64,000 bases of DNA from Eledone cirrhosa (Eukaryota): positions 43,090,001 to 43,154,000 of the forward strand of contig OZ024742.1 of the NCBI GenBank assembly GCA_964016885.1, in the 5' to 3' direction. The notes beneath the pieces are model-generated. The model saw nothing but the letters and a program-made list of their open reading frames with translations. It ran no database searches and was not told where the DNA came from. Each line of letters begins with the position of its first letter. Positions within the stretch are counted from its first letter, which is position 1. Both the position numbers and the translations under genes were made by a program. This document shows, one piece after another, positions 1 through 14,769 of this stretch.

Positions 1-3000
1 ATCTCTTGTTAACTAACAAGTTTATTGTTTAAGCCTCAATGTAGCCACCAACTCACCATCTCTTGTTAACTAACAACAGGTTTATTGTGTAGCCTCAACG
101 TTAGCCACCAACTCACCATCTCTTGTTAACTAACAACAGGTTTATTGTGAAGCCTCAATGTTAGCCACCAACTCACCATCTCTTGTTAACTAACAACAGG
201 TTTATTGTGAAGCCTCAATGTTTGCCACCAACTCACCATCTCTTGTTAACTAACAACAGGTTTATTGTGTAGCCTCAATATTAGCCACCAACTCACCATC
301 TCTTGTTAACTAACAAGATGTTTATTGTGTAGCCTCAATGTTAGCCACCAACTCACCATCTCTTGTTAACTAACAACAGGTTTATTGTGAAGCCTCAATG
401 TTTGCCACCAACTCACCATCTCTTGTTAACTAACAACAGGTTTATTGTGAAGCCTCAATATTAGCCACCAACTCACCATCTCTTGTTAACTAACAACAGG
501 TTTATTGTGAAGCCTCAATATTAGCCACCAACTCACCATCTCTTGTTAACTAACAACAGGTTTATTGTGAAGCCTCAATATTAGCCACCAACTCACCATC
601 TCTTGTTAACTAACAACAGGTTTATTGTGAAGCCTCAATGTTTGCCACCAACTCACCATCTCTTGTTAACTAACAACAGGTTTATTGTGAAGCCTCAATA
701 TTAGCCACCAACTCACCATCTCTTGTTAACTAACAACAAGTTTATTGTGAAGCCTCAATGTTAGCCACCAACTCACCATCTCTTGTTAACTAACAAGATG
801 TTTATTGTGTAGCCTCAATGTTAGCCACCAACTTACCATCTCTTGTTAACTAACAACAGGTTTATTGTGAAGCCTCAATGTTAGCCACCAACTCACCATC
901 TCTTGTTAACTAACAACAGGTTTATTGTGTAGCCTCAATGTTAGCCACCAACTCACCATCTCTTGTTAACTAACAAGATGTTTATTGTGTAGCCTCAATG
1001 TTAGCCACCAACTCACCATCTCTTGTTAACTAACAAGATGTTTATTGTGTAGCCTCAATGTAGCCACCAATTCACCATCTCTTGTTAACTAACAACAGGT
1101 TTATTGTGTAGCCTCAATGTTAGCCACCAACTCACCATCTCTTGTTAACTAACAAGATGTTTATTGTGTAGCCTCAATGTAGCCACCAACTCACCATCTC
1201 TTGTTAACTAACAACAGGTTTATTGTGTAGCCTCAATGTTAGCCACCAACTCACCATCTCTTGTTAACTAACAAGATGTTTATTGTGTAGCCTCAATGTT
1301 AGCCACCAACTTACCATCTCTTGTTAACTAACAACAGGTTTATTGTGAAGCCTCAATGTTAGCCACCAACTCACCATCTCTTGTTAACTAACAACATGTT
1401 TATTGTGAAGCCTCAATGTTAGCCACCAACTCACCATCTCTTGTTAACTAACAACAGGTTTATTGTGAAGCCTCAATGTTAGCCACCAACTCACCATCTC
1501 TTGTTAACTAACAAGATGTTTATTGTGTAGCCTCAATGTAGCCACCAACTCACCATCTCTTGTTAACTAACAACAGGTTTATTGTGTAGCCTCAATGTTA
1601 GCCACCAACTCACCATCTCTTGTTACCTAGCAACAGGTTTATTGTGTAGCCTCAATGTTAGCCACCAACTCACCATCTCTTGTTAACTAACAACAGGTTT
1701 ATTGTGTAGCCTCAATGTTAGCCACCAACTCACCATCTCTTGTTACCTAGCAACAGGTTTATTGTGTAGCCTCAATGTTAGCCACCAACTCACCATCTCT
1801 TGTTAACTAACAAGATGTTTATTGTGTAGCCTCAATGTAGCCACCAATTCACCATCTCTTGTTAACTAACAACAAGTTTATTGTGAAGCCTCAATGTTAG
1901 CCACCAACTCACCATCTCTTGTTAACTAACAAGTTTATTGTGAAGCCTCAATGTTAGCCACCAACTCACCATCTCTTGTTAACTAACAACAGGTTTATTG
2001 TGTAGCCTCAATGTTAGCCACCAACTCACCATCTCTTGTTACCTAGCAACAGGTTTATTGTGTAGCCTCAATGTTAGCCACCAACTCACCATCTCTTGTT
2101 AACTAACAAGATGTTTATTGTGTAGCCTCAATGTAGCCACCAATTCACCATCTCTTGTTAACTAACAACAAGTTTATTGTGAAGCCTCAATGTTAGCCAC
2201 CAACTCACCATCTCTTGTTAACTAACAAGTTTATTGTGAAGCCTCAATGTTAGCCACCAACTCACCATCTCTTGTTAACTAACAACAGGTTTATTGTGTA
2301 GCCTCAATGTTAGCCACCAACTCACCATCTCTAGTTAACTAACAACAGGTTTATTGTGTAGCCTCAATGTAGCCACCAACTCACCATCGCTTGTTAACTA
2401 GCAACAGGTTTATTGTGTAGCCTCAATGTTAGCCACCAACTCACCATCTCTTGTTAACTAGCAACAGGTTTATTGTGTAGCCTCAATGTTAGCCACCAAC
2501 TCACCATCTCTTGTTAACTAGCAACAGGTTTATTGTGAAGCCTCAATGTTAGCCACCAACTCACCATCTCTTGTTAACTAACAAGTTTATTGTGTAGCCT
2601 CAATGTTAGCCACCAACTCACCATCTCTTGTTAAATAACAACAGGTTTATTGTGTAGCCTCAATGTTAGCCACCAACTCACCATCTCTTGTTAAATAACA
2701 ACAGGTTTATTGTGAAGCCTCAATGTTAGCCACCAACTCACCATCTCTTGTTAACTAACAACAGGTTTATTGTGTAGCCTCAATGTTAGCCACCAACTCA
2801 CCATCTCTTGTTAAATAACAACAGGTTTATTGTGTAGCCTCAATGTTAGCCACCAACTCACCATCTCTTGTTAAATAACAACAGGTTTATTGTGAAGCCT
2901 CAATGTTAGCCACCAACTCACCATCTCTTGTTAACTAACAAGTTTATTGTGTAGCCTCAATGTTAGCCACCAACTCACCATCTCTTGTTAAATAACAACA

Positions 3001-6000
3001 GGTTTATTGTGTAGCCTCAATGTTAGCCACCAACTCACCATCTCTTGTTAAATAACAACAGGTTTATTGTGAAGCCTCAATGTTAGCCACCAACTCACCA
3101 TCTCTTGTTAACTAACAACAGGTTTATTGTGTAGCCTCAATGTTAGCCACCAACTCACCATCTCTTGTTAAATAACAACAGGTTTATTGTGTAGCCTCAA
3201 TGTTAGCCACCAACTCACCATCTCTTGTTAACTAACAACAAGTTTATTGTGTAGCCTTAATGTTAGCCACCAACTCACCATCTCTTGTTAACTAACAACA
3301 AGTTTATTGTAAAGCCTCAATGTTAGCCACCAACTCACCATCTCTTGTTAACTAACAAGTTTATTGTGAAGCCTCAATGTTAGCCACCAACTCACCATCT
3401 CTTGTTAACTAACAACAAGTTTATTGTGTAGCTTCAATGTTAGCCACCAACTCACCATCTCTTGTTAATTAACAACAAGTTTATTGTGAAGCCTCAATGT
3501 TAGCCACCAACTTACCATCTCTTGTTAACTAACAAGTTTATTGTGAAGCCTCAATGTTAGCCACCAACTCCCCATCTCTTGTTAACTAACAACAAGTTTA
3601 TTGTGTAGCTTCAATGTTAGCCACCAACTCACCATCTCTTGTTAACTAACAACAAGTTTATTGTGAAGCCTCAATGTTAGACACCAACTCACCATCTCTT
3701 GTTAACTAACAAGTTTATTGTGAAGCCTCAATGTAGCCACCAACTCACCATCTCTTGTTAACTAACAACAAGTTTATTGTGAAGCCTCAATGTTAGCCAC
3801 CAACTCACCATCTCTTGTTAACTAACAACAAGTTTATCGTGTAGCCTCAATGTTATCCACCAACTCACCATCTCTTGTTAACTAACAAGTTTATTGTGAA
3901 GCCTCAATGTTAGGCACCAACTCACCATCTCTTGTTAACTAACAACAGGTTTATTGTGAAGCCTCAATGTTAGCCACCAACTCACCATCTCTTGTTAACT
4001 AACAAGTTTATTGTGAAGCCTCAATGTTAGGCACCAACTCACCATCTCTTGTTAACTAACAACAAGTTTATTGTGAAGCCTCAATGTTAGCCACCAACTC
4101 ACCATCTCTTGTTAACTAACAACAAGTTTATTGTGTAGCCTCTTTGTTAGCCACCAACTCACCATCTCTTGTTAACTAACAGGTTTATTGTGTAGCCTCA
4201 ATGTTAGCCACCAACTCACCATCTCTTGTTAACTGACAACAAGTTTATTGTGTAGCCTCTTTGTTAGCCACCAACTCACCATCTCTTGTTAACTAACAAC
4301 AAGTTTATTGTGTAGCCTCAATGTTAGCCACCAACTCACCATCTCTTGTTAACTAACAGGTTTATTGTGAAGCCTCAATGTTAGCCACCAACTCACCATC
4401 TCTTGTTAACTAACAACAGGTTTATTGTGAAGCCTCAATGTTAGCCACCAACTCACCATCTCTTGTTAACTAACAAGTTTATTGTGAAGCCTCAATGTTA
4501 GCCACCAACTCACCATCTCTTGTTAACTAACAAGTTTATTGTGAAGCCTCAATGTTAGCCACCAACTCACCATCTCTTGTTAACTAACAACAGGTTTATT
4601 GTGTAGCCTCAATGTTAGCCACGAACTCACCATCACTTGTTAACTAACAACAGGTTTATTGTGAAGCCTCAATGTTAGCCACCAACTCCCCATCTCTTGT
4701 TAACTAACAACAAGTTTATTGTGAAGCCTCAATGTTAGCCACCAACTCACCATCTCTTGTTAACTAACAACAGGTTTATTGTGAAGCCTCAATGTTAGCC
4801 ACCAACTCACCATCTCTTGTTAACTAACAACAGGTTTATTGTGAAGCCTCAATGTTAGCCACCAACTCACCATCTCTTGTTAACTAACAACAGGTTTATT
4901 GTGAAGCCTCAATGTTAGCCACCAACTCACCATCTCTTGTTAACTAACAAGTTTATTGTGTAGCCTCAATGTTAGCCACGAACTCACCATCACTTGTTAA
5001 CTAACAACAGGTTTATTGTGAAGCCTCAATGTTAGCCACCAACTCCCCATCTCTTGTTAACTAACAACAAGTTTATTGTGAAGCCTCAATGTTAGCCACC
5101 AACTCACCATCTCTTGTTAACTAACAACAGGTTTATTGTGTAGCCTCAATGTTAGCCACCAACTCACCATCTCTTGTTAACTAACAAGATGTTTATTGTG
5201 TAGCCTCAATGTTAGCCACCAACTCTCCATCTCTTGTTAACTAACAACAGGTTTATTGTGAAGCCTCAATGTAGCCACCAACTCACCATCTCTTGTTAAC
5301 TAACAACAGGTTTATTGTGAAGCCTCAATGTAGCCACCAACTCACCATCTCTTGTTAACTAACAACAGGTTTATTGTGAAGCCTCAATGTAGCCACCAAC
5401 TCACCATCTCTTGTTAACTAACAAGATGTTTATTGTGTAGCCTCAATGTTAGCCACCAACTCACCATCTCTTGTTAACTAACAACAGGTTTATTGTGAAG
5501 CCTCAATGTAGCCACCAACTCACCATCTCTTGTTAACTAACAAGATGTTTATTGTGTAGCCTCAATGTTAGCCACCAACTCACCATCTCTTGTTAACTAA
5601 CAACAGGTTTATTGTGAAGCCTCAATGTTAGCCACCAACTCACCATCTCTTGTTAACTAAAAACAGGTTTATTGTGTAGCCTCAATGTTAGCCACCAACT
5701 CACCATCTCTTGTTAACTAACGACAGGTTTATTGTGTAGCCTCAATGTTAGCCACCAACTCACCATCACTTGTTAACTAACAACAGGTTTATTGTGTAGC
5801 CTCAATGTTAGCCACCAACTCACCATCTCTTGTTAACTAAAAACAGGTTTATTGTGAAGCCTCAATGTTAGCCACCAACTCACCATCTCTTGTTAACTAA
5901 CAACAGGTTTATTGTGAAGCCTCAATGTTAGCCACCAACTTACCATCTCTTGTTAACTAACAAGTTTATTGTGAAGCCTCAATGTTAGCCACCAACTCAC

Positions 6001-9000
6001 CATCTCTTGGTAACTAACAACAAGTTTATTGTGTAGCTTCAATGTTAGCCACCAACTCACCATCTCTTGTTAACTAACAAGTTTATTGTGAAGCCTCAAT
6101 GTTAGACACCAACTCACCATCTCTTGTTAACTAACAACAGGTTTATTGTGAAGCCTCAATGTTAGCCACCAACTCACCATCTCTTGTTAACTAACAAGTT
6201 TATTGTGTAGCCTCAATGTTAGCCACCAACTCACCATCTCTTGTTAACTAACAACAGGTTTATTGTGTAGCCTCAATGTTAGCCACCAATTCACCATCTC
6301 TTGTTAACTAACAAGTTTATTGTGTAGCCTCAATGTTAGCCACCAACTCACCATCTCTTGTTAACTAACAACAAGTTTATTGTGAAGCCTCAATGTTAGC
6401 CTCCAACTCACCATCTCTTGTTAACTAACAACAAGTTTATTGTGTAGCTTCAATGTTAGCCACCAACTCACCATCTCTTGTTAACTAACAAGTTTATTGT
6501 GAAGCCTCAATGTTAGCCACCAACTCACCATCTCTTGTTAACTAACAAGTTTATTGTGAAGCCTCAATGTTAGCCACCAACTCACCATCTCTTGTTAACT
6601 AACAAGTTTATTGTGTAGCCTCAATGTTAGCCACCAACTCACCATCTCTTGTTAACTAACAACAAGTTTATTGTGTAGCTTCAATGTTAGCCACCAACTC
6701 ACCATCTCTTGTTAACTAACAACAGGTTTATTGTGAAGCCTCAATGTTAGCCACCAACTCACCATCTCTTGTTAACTAACAAGTTTATTGTGAAGCCTCA
6801 ATGTTAGCCACCAACTCACCATCTCTTGTTAACTAACAAGTTTATTGTGAAGCCTCAATGTTAGCCACCAACTCACCATCTCTTGTTAACTAACAAGTTT
6901 ATTGTGAAGCCTCAATGTAGCCACCAATTCACCATCTCTTGTTAACTAACAACAAGTTTATTGTGTAGCCTCAATGTTAGCCACCAACTCACCATCTCTT
7001 GTTAACTAACAACAGGTTTATTGTGTAGCCTCAATGTAGCCACCAATTCACCATCTCTTGTTAACTAACAACAAGTTTATTGTGTAGCCTCAATGTTAGC
7101 CACCAACTCACCATCTCTTGTTAACTAACAAGTTTATTGTGTAGCCTCAATGTTAGGCACCAACTCACCATCTCTTGTTAACTAACAACAGGTTTATTGT
7201 GAAGCCTCAATGTTAGCCACCAACTCACCATCTCTTGTTAACTAACAACAGGTTTATTGTGAAGCCTCAATGTTAGCCACCAACTCACCATCTCTTGTTA
7301 ACTAACAAGTTTATTGTGAAGCCTCAATGTTAGCCACCAACTCACCATCTCTAGTTAACTAACAAGTTTATTGTGAAGCCTCAATGTAGCCACCAACTCA
7401 CCATCTCTTGTTAACTAACAACATGTTTATTGTGTAGCCTCAATGTTAGCCACCAACTCACCATCTCTTGTTAACTAACAACATGTTTATTGTGTAGCTT
7501 CAATGTTAGCCATCAACTCACCATCTCTTGTTAATTAACAACAAGTTTATTGTGAAGCCTCAATGTTAGACACCAACTCACCATCTCTTGTTAACTAACA
7601 AGTTTATTGTGAAGCCTCAATGTAGCCACCAACTCACCATCTCTTGTTAACTAACAACAAGTTTATTGTGAAGCCTCAATGTAGCCACCAACTCACCATC
7701 TCTTGTTAACTAACAACATGTTTATTGTGTAGCCTCAATGTTAGCCACCAACTCACCATCTCTTGTTAACTAACAACAAGTTTATTGTGTAGCCTCAATG
7801 TTAGCCACCAACTCACCATCTCTTGTTAACTAACAACAAGTTTATTGTGTAGCCTCAATGTTAGCCACCAACTCACCATCTCTTGTTAACTAACAACAAG
7901 TTTATCGTGTAGCCTCAATGTTAGCCACCAACTAACCATCTCTTATTAACTAACAACATGTTTATTGTGTAGCCTCAATGTTAGCCACCAACTCACCATC
8001 TCTTGTTAACTAACAACAGGTTTATTGTGAAGCCTCAATGTTAGCCACCAACTCACCATCTCTTGTTAACTAACAACATGTTTATTGTGTAGCCTCAATG
8101 TTAGCCACCAACTCACCATCTCTTGTTAACTAACAACAAGTTTATTGTGTAGCCTCAATGTTAGCCACCAACTCACCATCTCTTATTAACTAACAACAAG
8201 TTTATTGTGTAGCCTCAATGTTAGCCACCAACTCACCATCTCTTGTTAACTAACAACAGGTTTATTGTGAAGCCTCAATGTTAGCCACCAACTCACCATC
8301 TCTTGTTAACTAACAAGTTTATTGTGAAGCCTCAATGTTAGCCACCAACTCACCATCTCTTGTTAACTAACAAGTTTATTGTGAAGCCTCAATGTTAGCC
8401 ACCAACTCACCATCTCTTGTTAACTAACAACAGGTTTATTGTGTAGCCTCAATGTTAGCCACCAACTCACCATCTCTTGTTAACTAACAACAGGTTTATT
8501 GTGTAGCCTCAATGTTAGCCACCAACTCACCATCTCTTGTTAACTAACAACAGGTTTATTGTGAAGCCTCAATGTTAGCCACCAACTCACCATCTCTTGT
8601 TAACTAACAACAGGTTTATTGTGTAGCCTCAATGTTAGCCACCAACTCACCATCTCTTGTTAACTAACAACAAGTTTATTGTGAAGCCTCAATGTTAGCC
8701 ACCAACTCACCATCTCTTGTTAACTAACAACAGGTTTATTGTGTAGCCTCAATGTTAGCCACCAACTCACCATCTCTTGTTAACTAACAACAGGTTTATT
8801 GTGAAGCCTCAATGTTAGCCACCAACTCACCATCTCTTGTTAACTAACAACAGGTTTATTGTGTAGCCTCAATGTTAGCCACCAACTCACCATCTCTTGT
8901 TAACTAACAACAGGTTTATTGTGTAGCCTCAATGTTAGCCACCAACTCACCATCTCTTGTTAACTAACAACAAGTTTATTGTGTAGCCTCAATGTTAGCC

Positions 9001-10382
9001 ACCAACTCACCATCTCTTGTTAACTAACAACAGGTTTATTGTGAAGCCTCAATCTCAGCCACAACTCACCATCTCTTGTTAACTAACAACAAGTTTATTG
9101 TGTAGCCTCAATCTCAGCCACAACTCACCATCTCTTGTTAACTAACAACAAGTTTATTGTGTAGCCTCAATGTTAGCCACCAACTCACCATCTCTTGTTA
9201 ACTAACAACAGGTTTATTGTGAAGCCTCAATGTTAGCCACCAACTCACCATCTCTTGTTAACTAACAACAAGTTTATTGTGAAGCCTCAATGTTAGCCAC
9301 CAACTCACCATCTCTTGTTAACTAACAACAAGTTTATTGTGTAGCCTCAATGTTAGCCACCAACTCACCATCTCTTGTTAACTAACAACAGGTTTATTGT
9401 GAAGCCTCAATGTTAGCCACCAACTCACCATCTCTTGTTAACTAACAACAGGTTTATTGTGAAGCCTCAATGTTAGCCACCAACTCACCATCTCTTGTTA
9501 ACTAACAACAGGTTTATTGTGTAGCCTCAATGTTAGCCACCAACTCACCATCTCTTGTTAACTAACAACAGGTTTATTGTGTAGCCTCAATGTTAGCCAC
9601 CAACTCACCATCTCTTGTTAACTAACAACAAGTTTATTGTGTAGCCTCAATGTTAGCCACCAACTCACCATCTCTTGTTAACTAACAACAAGTTTATTGT
9701 GAAGCCTCAATGTTAGCCACCAACTCACCATCTCTTGTTAACTAACAACAAGTTTATTGTGTAGCCTCAATGTTAGCCACCAACTCACCATCTCTTGTTA
9801 ACTAACAACAAGTTTATTGTGAAGCCTCAATGTTAGCCACCAACTCACCATCTCTTGTTAACTAACAACAAGTTTATTGTGAAGCCTCAATGTTAGCCAC
9901 CAACTCACCATCTCTTGTTAACTAACAACAAGTTTATTGTGTAGCCTCAATGTTAGCCACCAACTCACCATCTCTTGTTAACTAACAACAAGTTTATTGT
10001 GTAGCCTCAATGTTAGCCACCAACTCACCATCTCTTGTTAACTAACAACAAGTTTATTGTGAAGCCTCAATGTTAGCCACCAACTCACCATCTCTTGTTA
10101 ACTAACAACAAGTTTATTGTGTAGCCTCAATGTTAGCCACCAACTCACCATCTCTTGTTAACTAACAACAGGTTTATTGTGAAGCCTCAATGTTAGCCAC
10201 CAACTCACCATCTCTTGTTAACTAACAACAAGTTTATTGTGAAGCCTCAATGTTAGCCACCAACTCACCATCTCTTGTTAACTAACAACAAGTTTATTGT
10301 GAAGCCTCTATGTTAGCCACCAACTCACCATCTCTTGTTAACTAACAAGTTTATTGTGAAGCCTCTATGTTAGCCACCAACT
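1..10382 (+). repeat. 60-bp minisatellite array (roughly 175 units, open at the window start)
   Basis: Unit ATCTCTTGTTAACTAACAACAGGTTTATTGTGWAGCCTCAATGTTAGCCACCAACTCACC, with 57-bp (AAC lost) and 59-bp variants. Stops occur in all six frames and there are no spacers. Confidence 0.99.
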
Positions 10383-11142
10383 ACCAGTTATCGAAGCTAT
10401 GACGCTTTGCTGCATTACAATAGCCAAATTCAATAAATGACTTGCCGGGGCTTACTTCCCCCTGGGGGCCCCCTTTCTTGTTACAGGCATAGACAGTGTC
10501 TTCAACATCATCTTTCGTCAATGGGTAACCAATGTGTCCAGTAAAGTTAAAATCGAACGTAAACTTCAAAAGTTATCAGGTACTGATGTGAACTTCAATA
10601 GATAAGTCGAAGGGGCTTACTGCCCCCCTCCCTGGGGCCCCCTTAATAAGTTCAAGTACAAGTTCATGTATTCACCTTCCTCTATAAGCCATGGGTAACC
10701 AATATGTCTCGCTTCGTGAAAGCCAAACACCAACTCAAGCAGTTATGACGCTTTGTTGCATTGATGATATCAACTTCACCATTCATCAAGTCGGTTTATT
10801 CCCCCCCCCCGGGTCCCCTACCTGAATTTCTGCGCAAGTGCATGCTTGCAAATTTATTTGTAGGCCATAAGCAAAAAAAAGATTAATTTTGGTGAAGATG
10901 GGAGGCAAACTGCAGGAACTATGGGGCTTTTATGCAGTAGTACTGCTAACTCCAAGCGAGAGGCTTAAGGGAGTTATCTGCCCCTGAGGGGCCTCCACAA
11001 CTGACGTACGGAAAAATAAAATAGCCTACGACGTATAATAGGACTTCAGAAACCTATGTATGAAATTTGGTGCAGATCGGTTGTAAAATGTAGAAATGCA
11101 TGCGGTTACACAGACAGACATCTTCAGTTTTATATATATAGA
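10383..11142 (-). mobile_element. Non-autonomous Helitron-like element, 5' part, with about 175-bp degenerate internal repeats
   Basis: Minus-strand start TCTATATATATAAAACTGAAGATGTCTGTCTGTG (5' TC, then (CTGT)n), the same end type as at 63500-63620. About three units carry ATGGGTAACCAAT and GGGGCCCCC. No 3' CTAG end is seen. Confidence 0.55.
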
Positions 11143-11375
11143 TAACAAAGATGTTGGAATGTTACCTTGGAATTATTTGATTATCCTGAATATTTCGGGA
11201 TAAAATCCCTTCATCAAAAGAAGAATTGAGGAAGCTAATTTAAATCAGGATATCTTGTGTCTTTCTTATATTGCCATTTTTTTAAATTTGAAAGTGGCGT
11301 TTTTTTATTTCTAATGAATGATATTGCTTATAATTTTCAAGTCATTTTAGAAATAATCATTTAATAATATCACTT

Positions 11376-12660
11376 AACAAAGGAAAAACGTGCCTAGCAA
11401 AAAGCGACCACACTTGTTCACTGTCAAGGAAAGTCTGGAGATGTCATAGCCTTGTGTTTGAAAGACCCCTGCAATGGAAATGCAGTTAACAACTTTAGAC
11501 CTATCACTTGCCTCCCCCTTTTGTGGAATTTTATGACAGGTGTCATTGCTGAAGCAATGTATGAATACATGGGGGAGACACTGCCTGCAGAGCAGAATGG
11601 ATAGAGGAGAAGAAGCAAGGGGAGTAAGGATCAATTGTTGATTGTTAAGACAATCCTTAAAGATTGTAAAAGGAGACACTCAAATCTTGCCATGGCCTGG
11701 ATTGATTACTACAAGGCTTATGACATGGCACCACATAGTTGGATAGTAGAATGTTTGAGTATGTTTAGTATTGCAGCTAATGCTAGACTGAGCTGACAAC
11801 ATGTAGATAAACATTAGGAGTTGTGAAGATCAAGGGAAAAATATTTCAGGGAGACAGTCTTTCACCTTTGCTGTTTGTATTGTGAATGGCTCCACTTTAA
11901 TTGGTGTTGAAATGGTTAAAGTCTGGTTATGAGTGAGGAGGACATGAGTTTAAGATAAACCACCTGCTGTTTATGGATGACCTAAAACTTTATGGGAAAT
12001 CCTATGAACATATTTATTCCTTTACACAAACAGTTCATAAATTCAGTACAGACATAGGAATAGAATTTAGCATAATAATGTGTGGGGTGCTACCACTGAA
12101 GTGAGATAGATTTGATAAGATGGAAGTAATTGGAGTACCAGACAGACAAGTTATCAGGTATAAGTACGGAGACATCCTGGAAACAAACCAAATGAACGAG
12201 AAGGAAATGAAAGACCTATTATCAAAGGAATATAAACAAAGACTGAAGTTGGTGTTAAAGACAAAATTAAGTGGTAGAAATAAGATACTGTCTATCATCA
12301 CATGTTGCAGTGCTAAGGTATAGTGCTGGTGTGATAGAGTGAAGATGTGATGAACTTAAAGAGTTTGACAGAAAGACCAGGAAAATGATGACACTACAAG
12401 GGGCTCCACACCCCAAAAGTGACGTGGACAGGTTGTATCTATCATGAAAGAGAGGAGGAAGAGGTATCATTAGCTGTGAAATGTGTGTGAAGTCGGAGGA
12501 AAATAATCTGGCATGGTATGTAAAGGATTCAAAGGAGAGATTGATGGCAGGAATAAGAAAGATAAAAGTCCTAAACAGTGATGAAACAAAGGAAAAAGGA
12601 GAATTTAAACAAGACAGACAGAATGACACGTTGAATAGATGGAAGAAAAAAACAGGAACT
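11376..12660 (+). mobile_element. Decayed R4/Dong-clade non-LTR retrotransposon, RT region
   Basis: Interrupted translation gives [52 protein letters not shown] and HPKSDVDRLYL, with many stops. Confidence 0.8.
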
Positions 12661-12719
12661 TTAAGAAGGGTGCTGGAAAGTTGAAGGAGAAAGAATGACC
12701 CAAAGATCCTTTGGCTACA

Positions 12720-12909
12720 ATAATGTTCCTACTTTTGGCACAAGACCAGTAATTACCCCAGTGCATTATTGGTGCTTTATTTTATCGACCCCGTAAGGAT
12801 GAAAAACAAAGTTAATCTGGCGGGATTTGAACTCAGAACGTAAAGGGTCATAACTCCTATGCTGCAAAGCGTGGTGTCTCACGCTCTACCGATACTGCCA
12901 CACCACCGC
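12720..12909 (-). mobile_element. tRNA-derived SINE with a Nin/Deu-like core
   Basis: Minus strand has an A-box-like TGGCAGTATCGGTAGAG, a B-box GAGTTCAAATCC and the core TTTCATCCTTACGGGGTCGATAAAATAAAG. Many copies occur in the window. Confidence 0.75.
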
Positions 12910-14766
12910 AATAATAATGATTTCTTTATTAGCCACAAGGGCTGATATCAAGAAAAACATTACAGACAGCACAGGACGGTACAGGACGGTACAGGACGGT
13001 ACGATGTGGGTTTTGTTCGTGTAAAGATTTTTATTATTTATATAAGAAAAGAAAAAGAAAAAGAGATAGAAACATATATATATATAAACAATAAAAATGA
13101 AAATTGAAACAATGAAAAATTCCCCAATTGGGGGGAAACCTCCATGGGTTACTCGTGGCGAAAACCACACAAAAGACCACGGCCACTCTGACCACCAGGG
13201 CAAGCGCCCTCTCTCAATTTTTCCATTTCTCAAACTACAGGCGTATATTCAGAGTGGTTCCGTTCACTCGGACCATTCTCGCTACATTCACCCACCTTTC
13301 AACAAACTTGCTAGAAGGCAGCACTTGCCTCTCCACCCTGATTTTCCTCTTCAAGTGAAACTTGAAAAAGTTAATTAGAGATTCGCCGAAGAGGAAAGTA
13401 TCTGTCTTTAACCCTTTCAACCTTGTCCACCACACAATCTCTTTCGCCATGGCCACCAGGCAGATGAAAACCGCCTGCCCTTCCTCCTCGAAGGAAGACG
13501 GCGAGACCATCTGCACAATGGACTCAGTCAATAATCGGATCAGTCCTACACGCGACAGCAACTGTTCGACATAGCTCCACAAGTCAGCAATGCTCGGGCA
13601 CTGAACGAGTGCGTGCACGACGGTTTCGTCGCTCTGCGCGCATCTCGGACAGGCTCGGCTGACGGCACTTCCATGCCTGTAGAGCTTATCTCGAACCGGC
13701 AACGCTCCCCGGTAGCACTGCCAGGTCAGGGATTTTGGGAAGTTATCCATAGGCCCTGGGCTGAAAGTTCTCCGGAAGAGAGCAAACAGCTGATCTTCTT
13801 CGACGCCCAGGATCTCTCCGAGAACGTCGTCGCTCTTCCCATCCACTAGTCCTCTATAGAACGCCGAGGTGGATGTTCCACCAATACTGGTGCCCAGCTG
13901 GCAGAGAGCGGTGAGCGCCTGGAGACATTCCAGTTTCCAAGTCCTGACCCAGGATTGCAGCTCCGTCAAGGAGACGAGCTGAGGGAAAACGTGCTTGGCG
14001 AACGGCGACCACACCTGTTCACCGTCAAAGAAGCACCAGAGATGTCGCAGCCTCAGCGCATGTTTGCGCATCATCAGCCATGGCATGCCCAGTCCTCCAC
14101 GCAACGGATGTTGACAGCAGATGGATCGTCTGACCATGGGAGCGCGTCCCTTCCACAAAAGTGGAAGAAGAGGCGCGCCATTTTGGTGAGAGTTGGGCCG
14201 GGGCAAGGGACGACGGTGAGGCGGTAGCAGATGACGGATGCGATGTACGCATTCGCCACCTCCGCCCGGCCTTTCAGGGACAGCTTCCTCTCGGCCCATT
14301 TCTGGGTGAGGGAGGCCTTCCTGCTCGTCACCTCGTTCCAGTTTTTCTCCATCTGGAGGTCTGGTCCGAACCAGACCCCGAGCAATTTAACCGGTTCGTC
14401 CGTCCAACGCCCCACGACGCTCTCGGACGCCATGGACTTGCCTCTCCAGGTGCCGAGCTGCAAGCCCAGCGACTTTTCCTGGTTTATCTTTGCTCCTGTC
14501 ACTGCTTCATATTCCTTGAGAGCGGTGCCGAACATCTGGACGTGTCTGGTGCTCGACACCACCACGGTGACGTCGTCGGCGTAAGCTGACTCGGATTTCC
14601 CGCATTCTAGTTCGCGTGGGACGCCCCTCATCGCCCCCAGTTTGTGCAGTAACGGCTCAAGAGCCAATACGTACATGAGGGACGAGAGGGGACAACCCTG
14701 GTGGACCAAGCGCTTGATGTTTAACGGCTGCGACATGTGACCGTTCACTCTCACAATAATAATAAT
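12910..14766 (-). mobile_element. Tx1-clade LINE, subfamily B, 5'-truncated, flanked by (AAT)n on both sides
   Basis: RT motifs QGCPLS and AYADD, LSLKGRA, and C-terminal CPRC..H..C finger (ORFs 14074-14829, 13235-14299). 3' end AATAAAGAAATC(ATT)3; (AAT)4 at 14755-14766. Near-identical to 29884-31700. Confidence 0.93.
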
Positions 14767-14769
14767 AAC

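Noticed and set aside
1-10382. CRISPR array or repeat-coded protein
   Set aside because: Units are contiguous with no unique spacers, there are no cas genes, the context is eukaryotic, and the unit has stops in all six frames.
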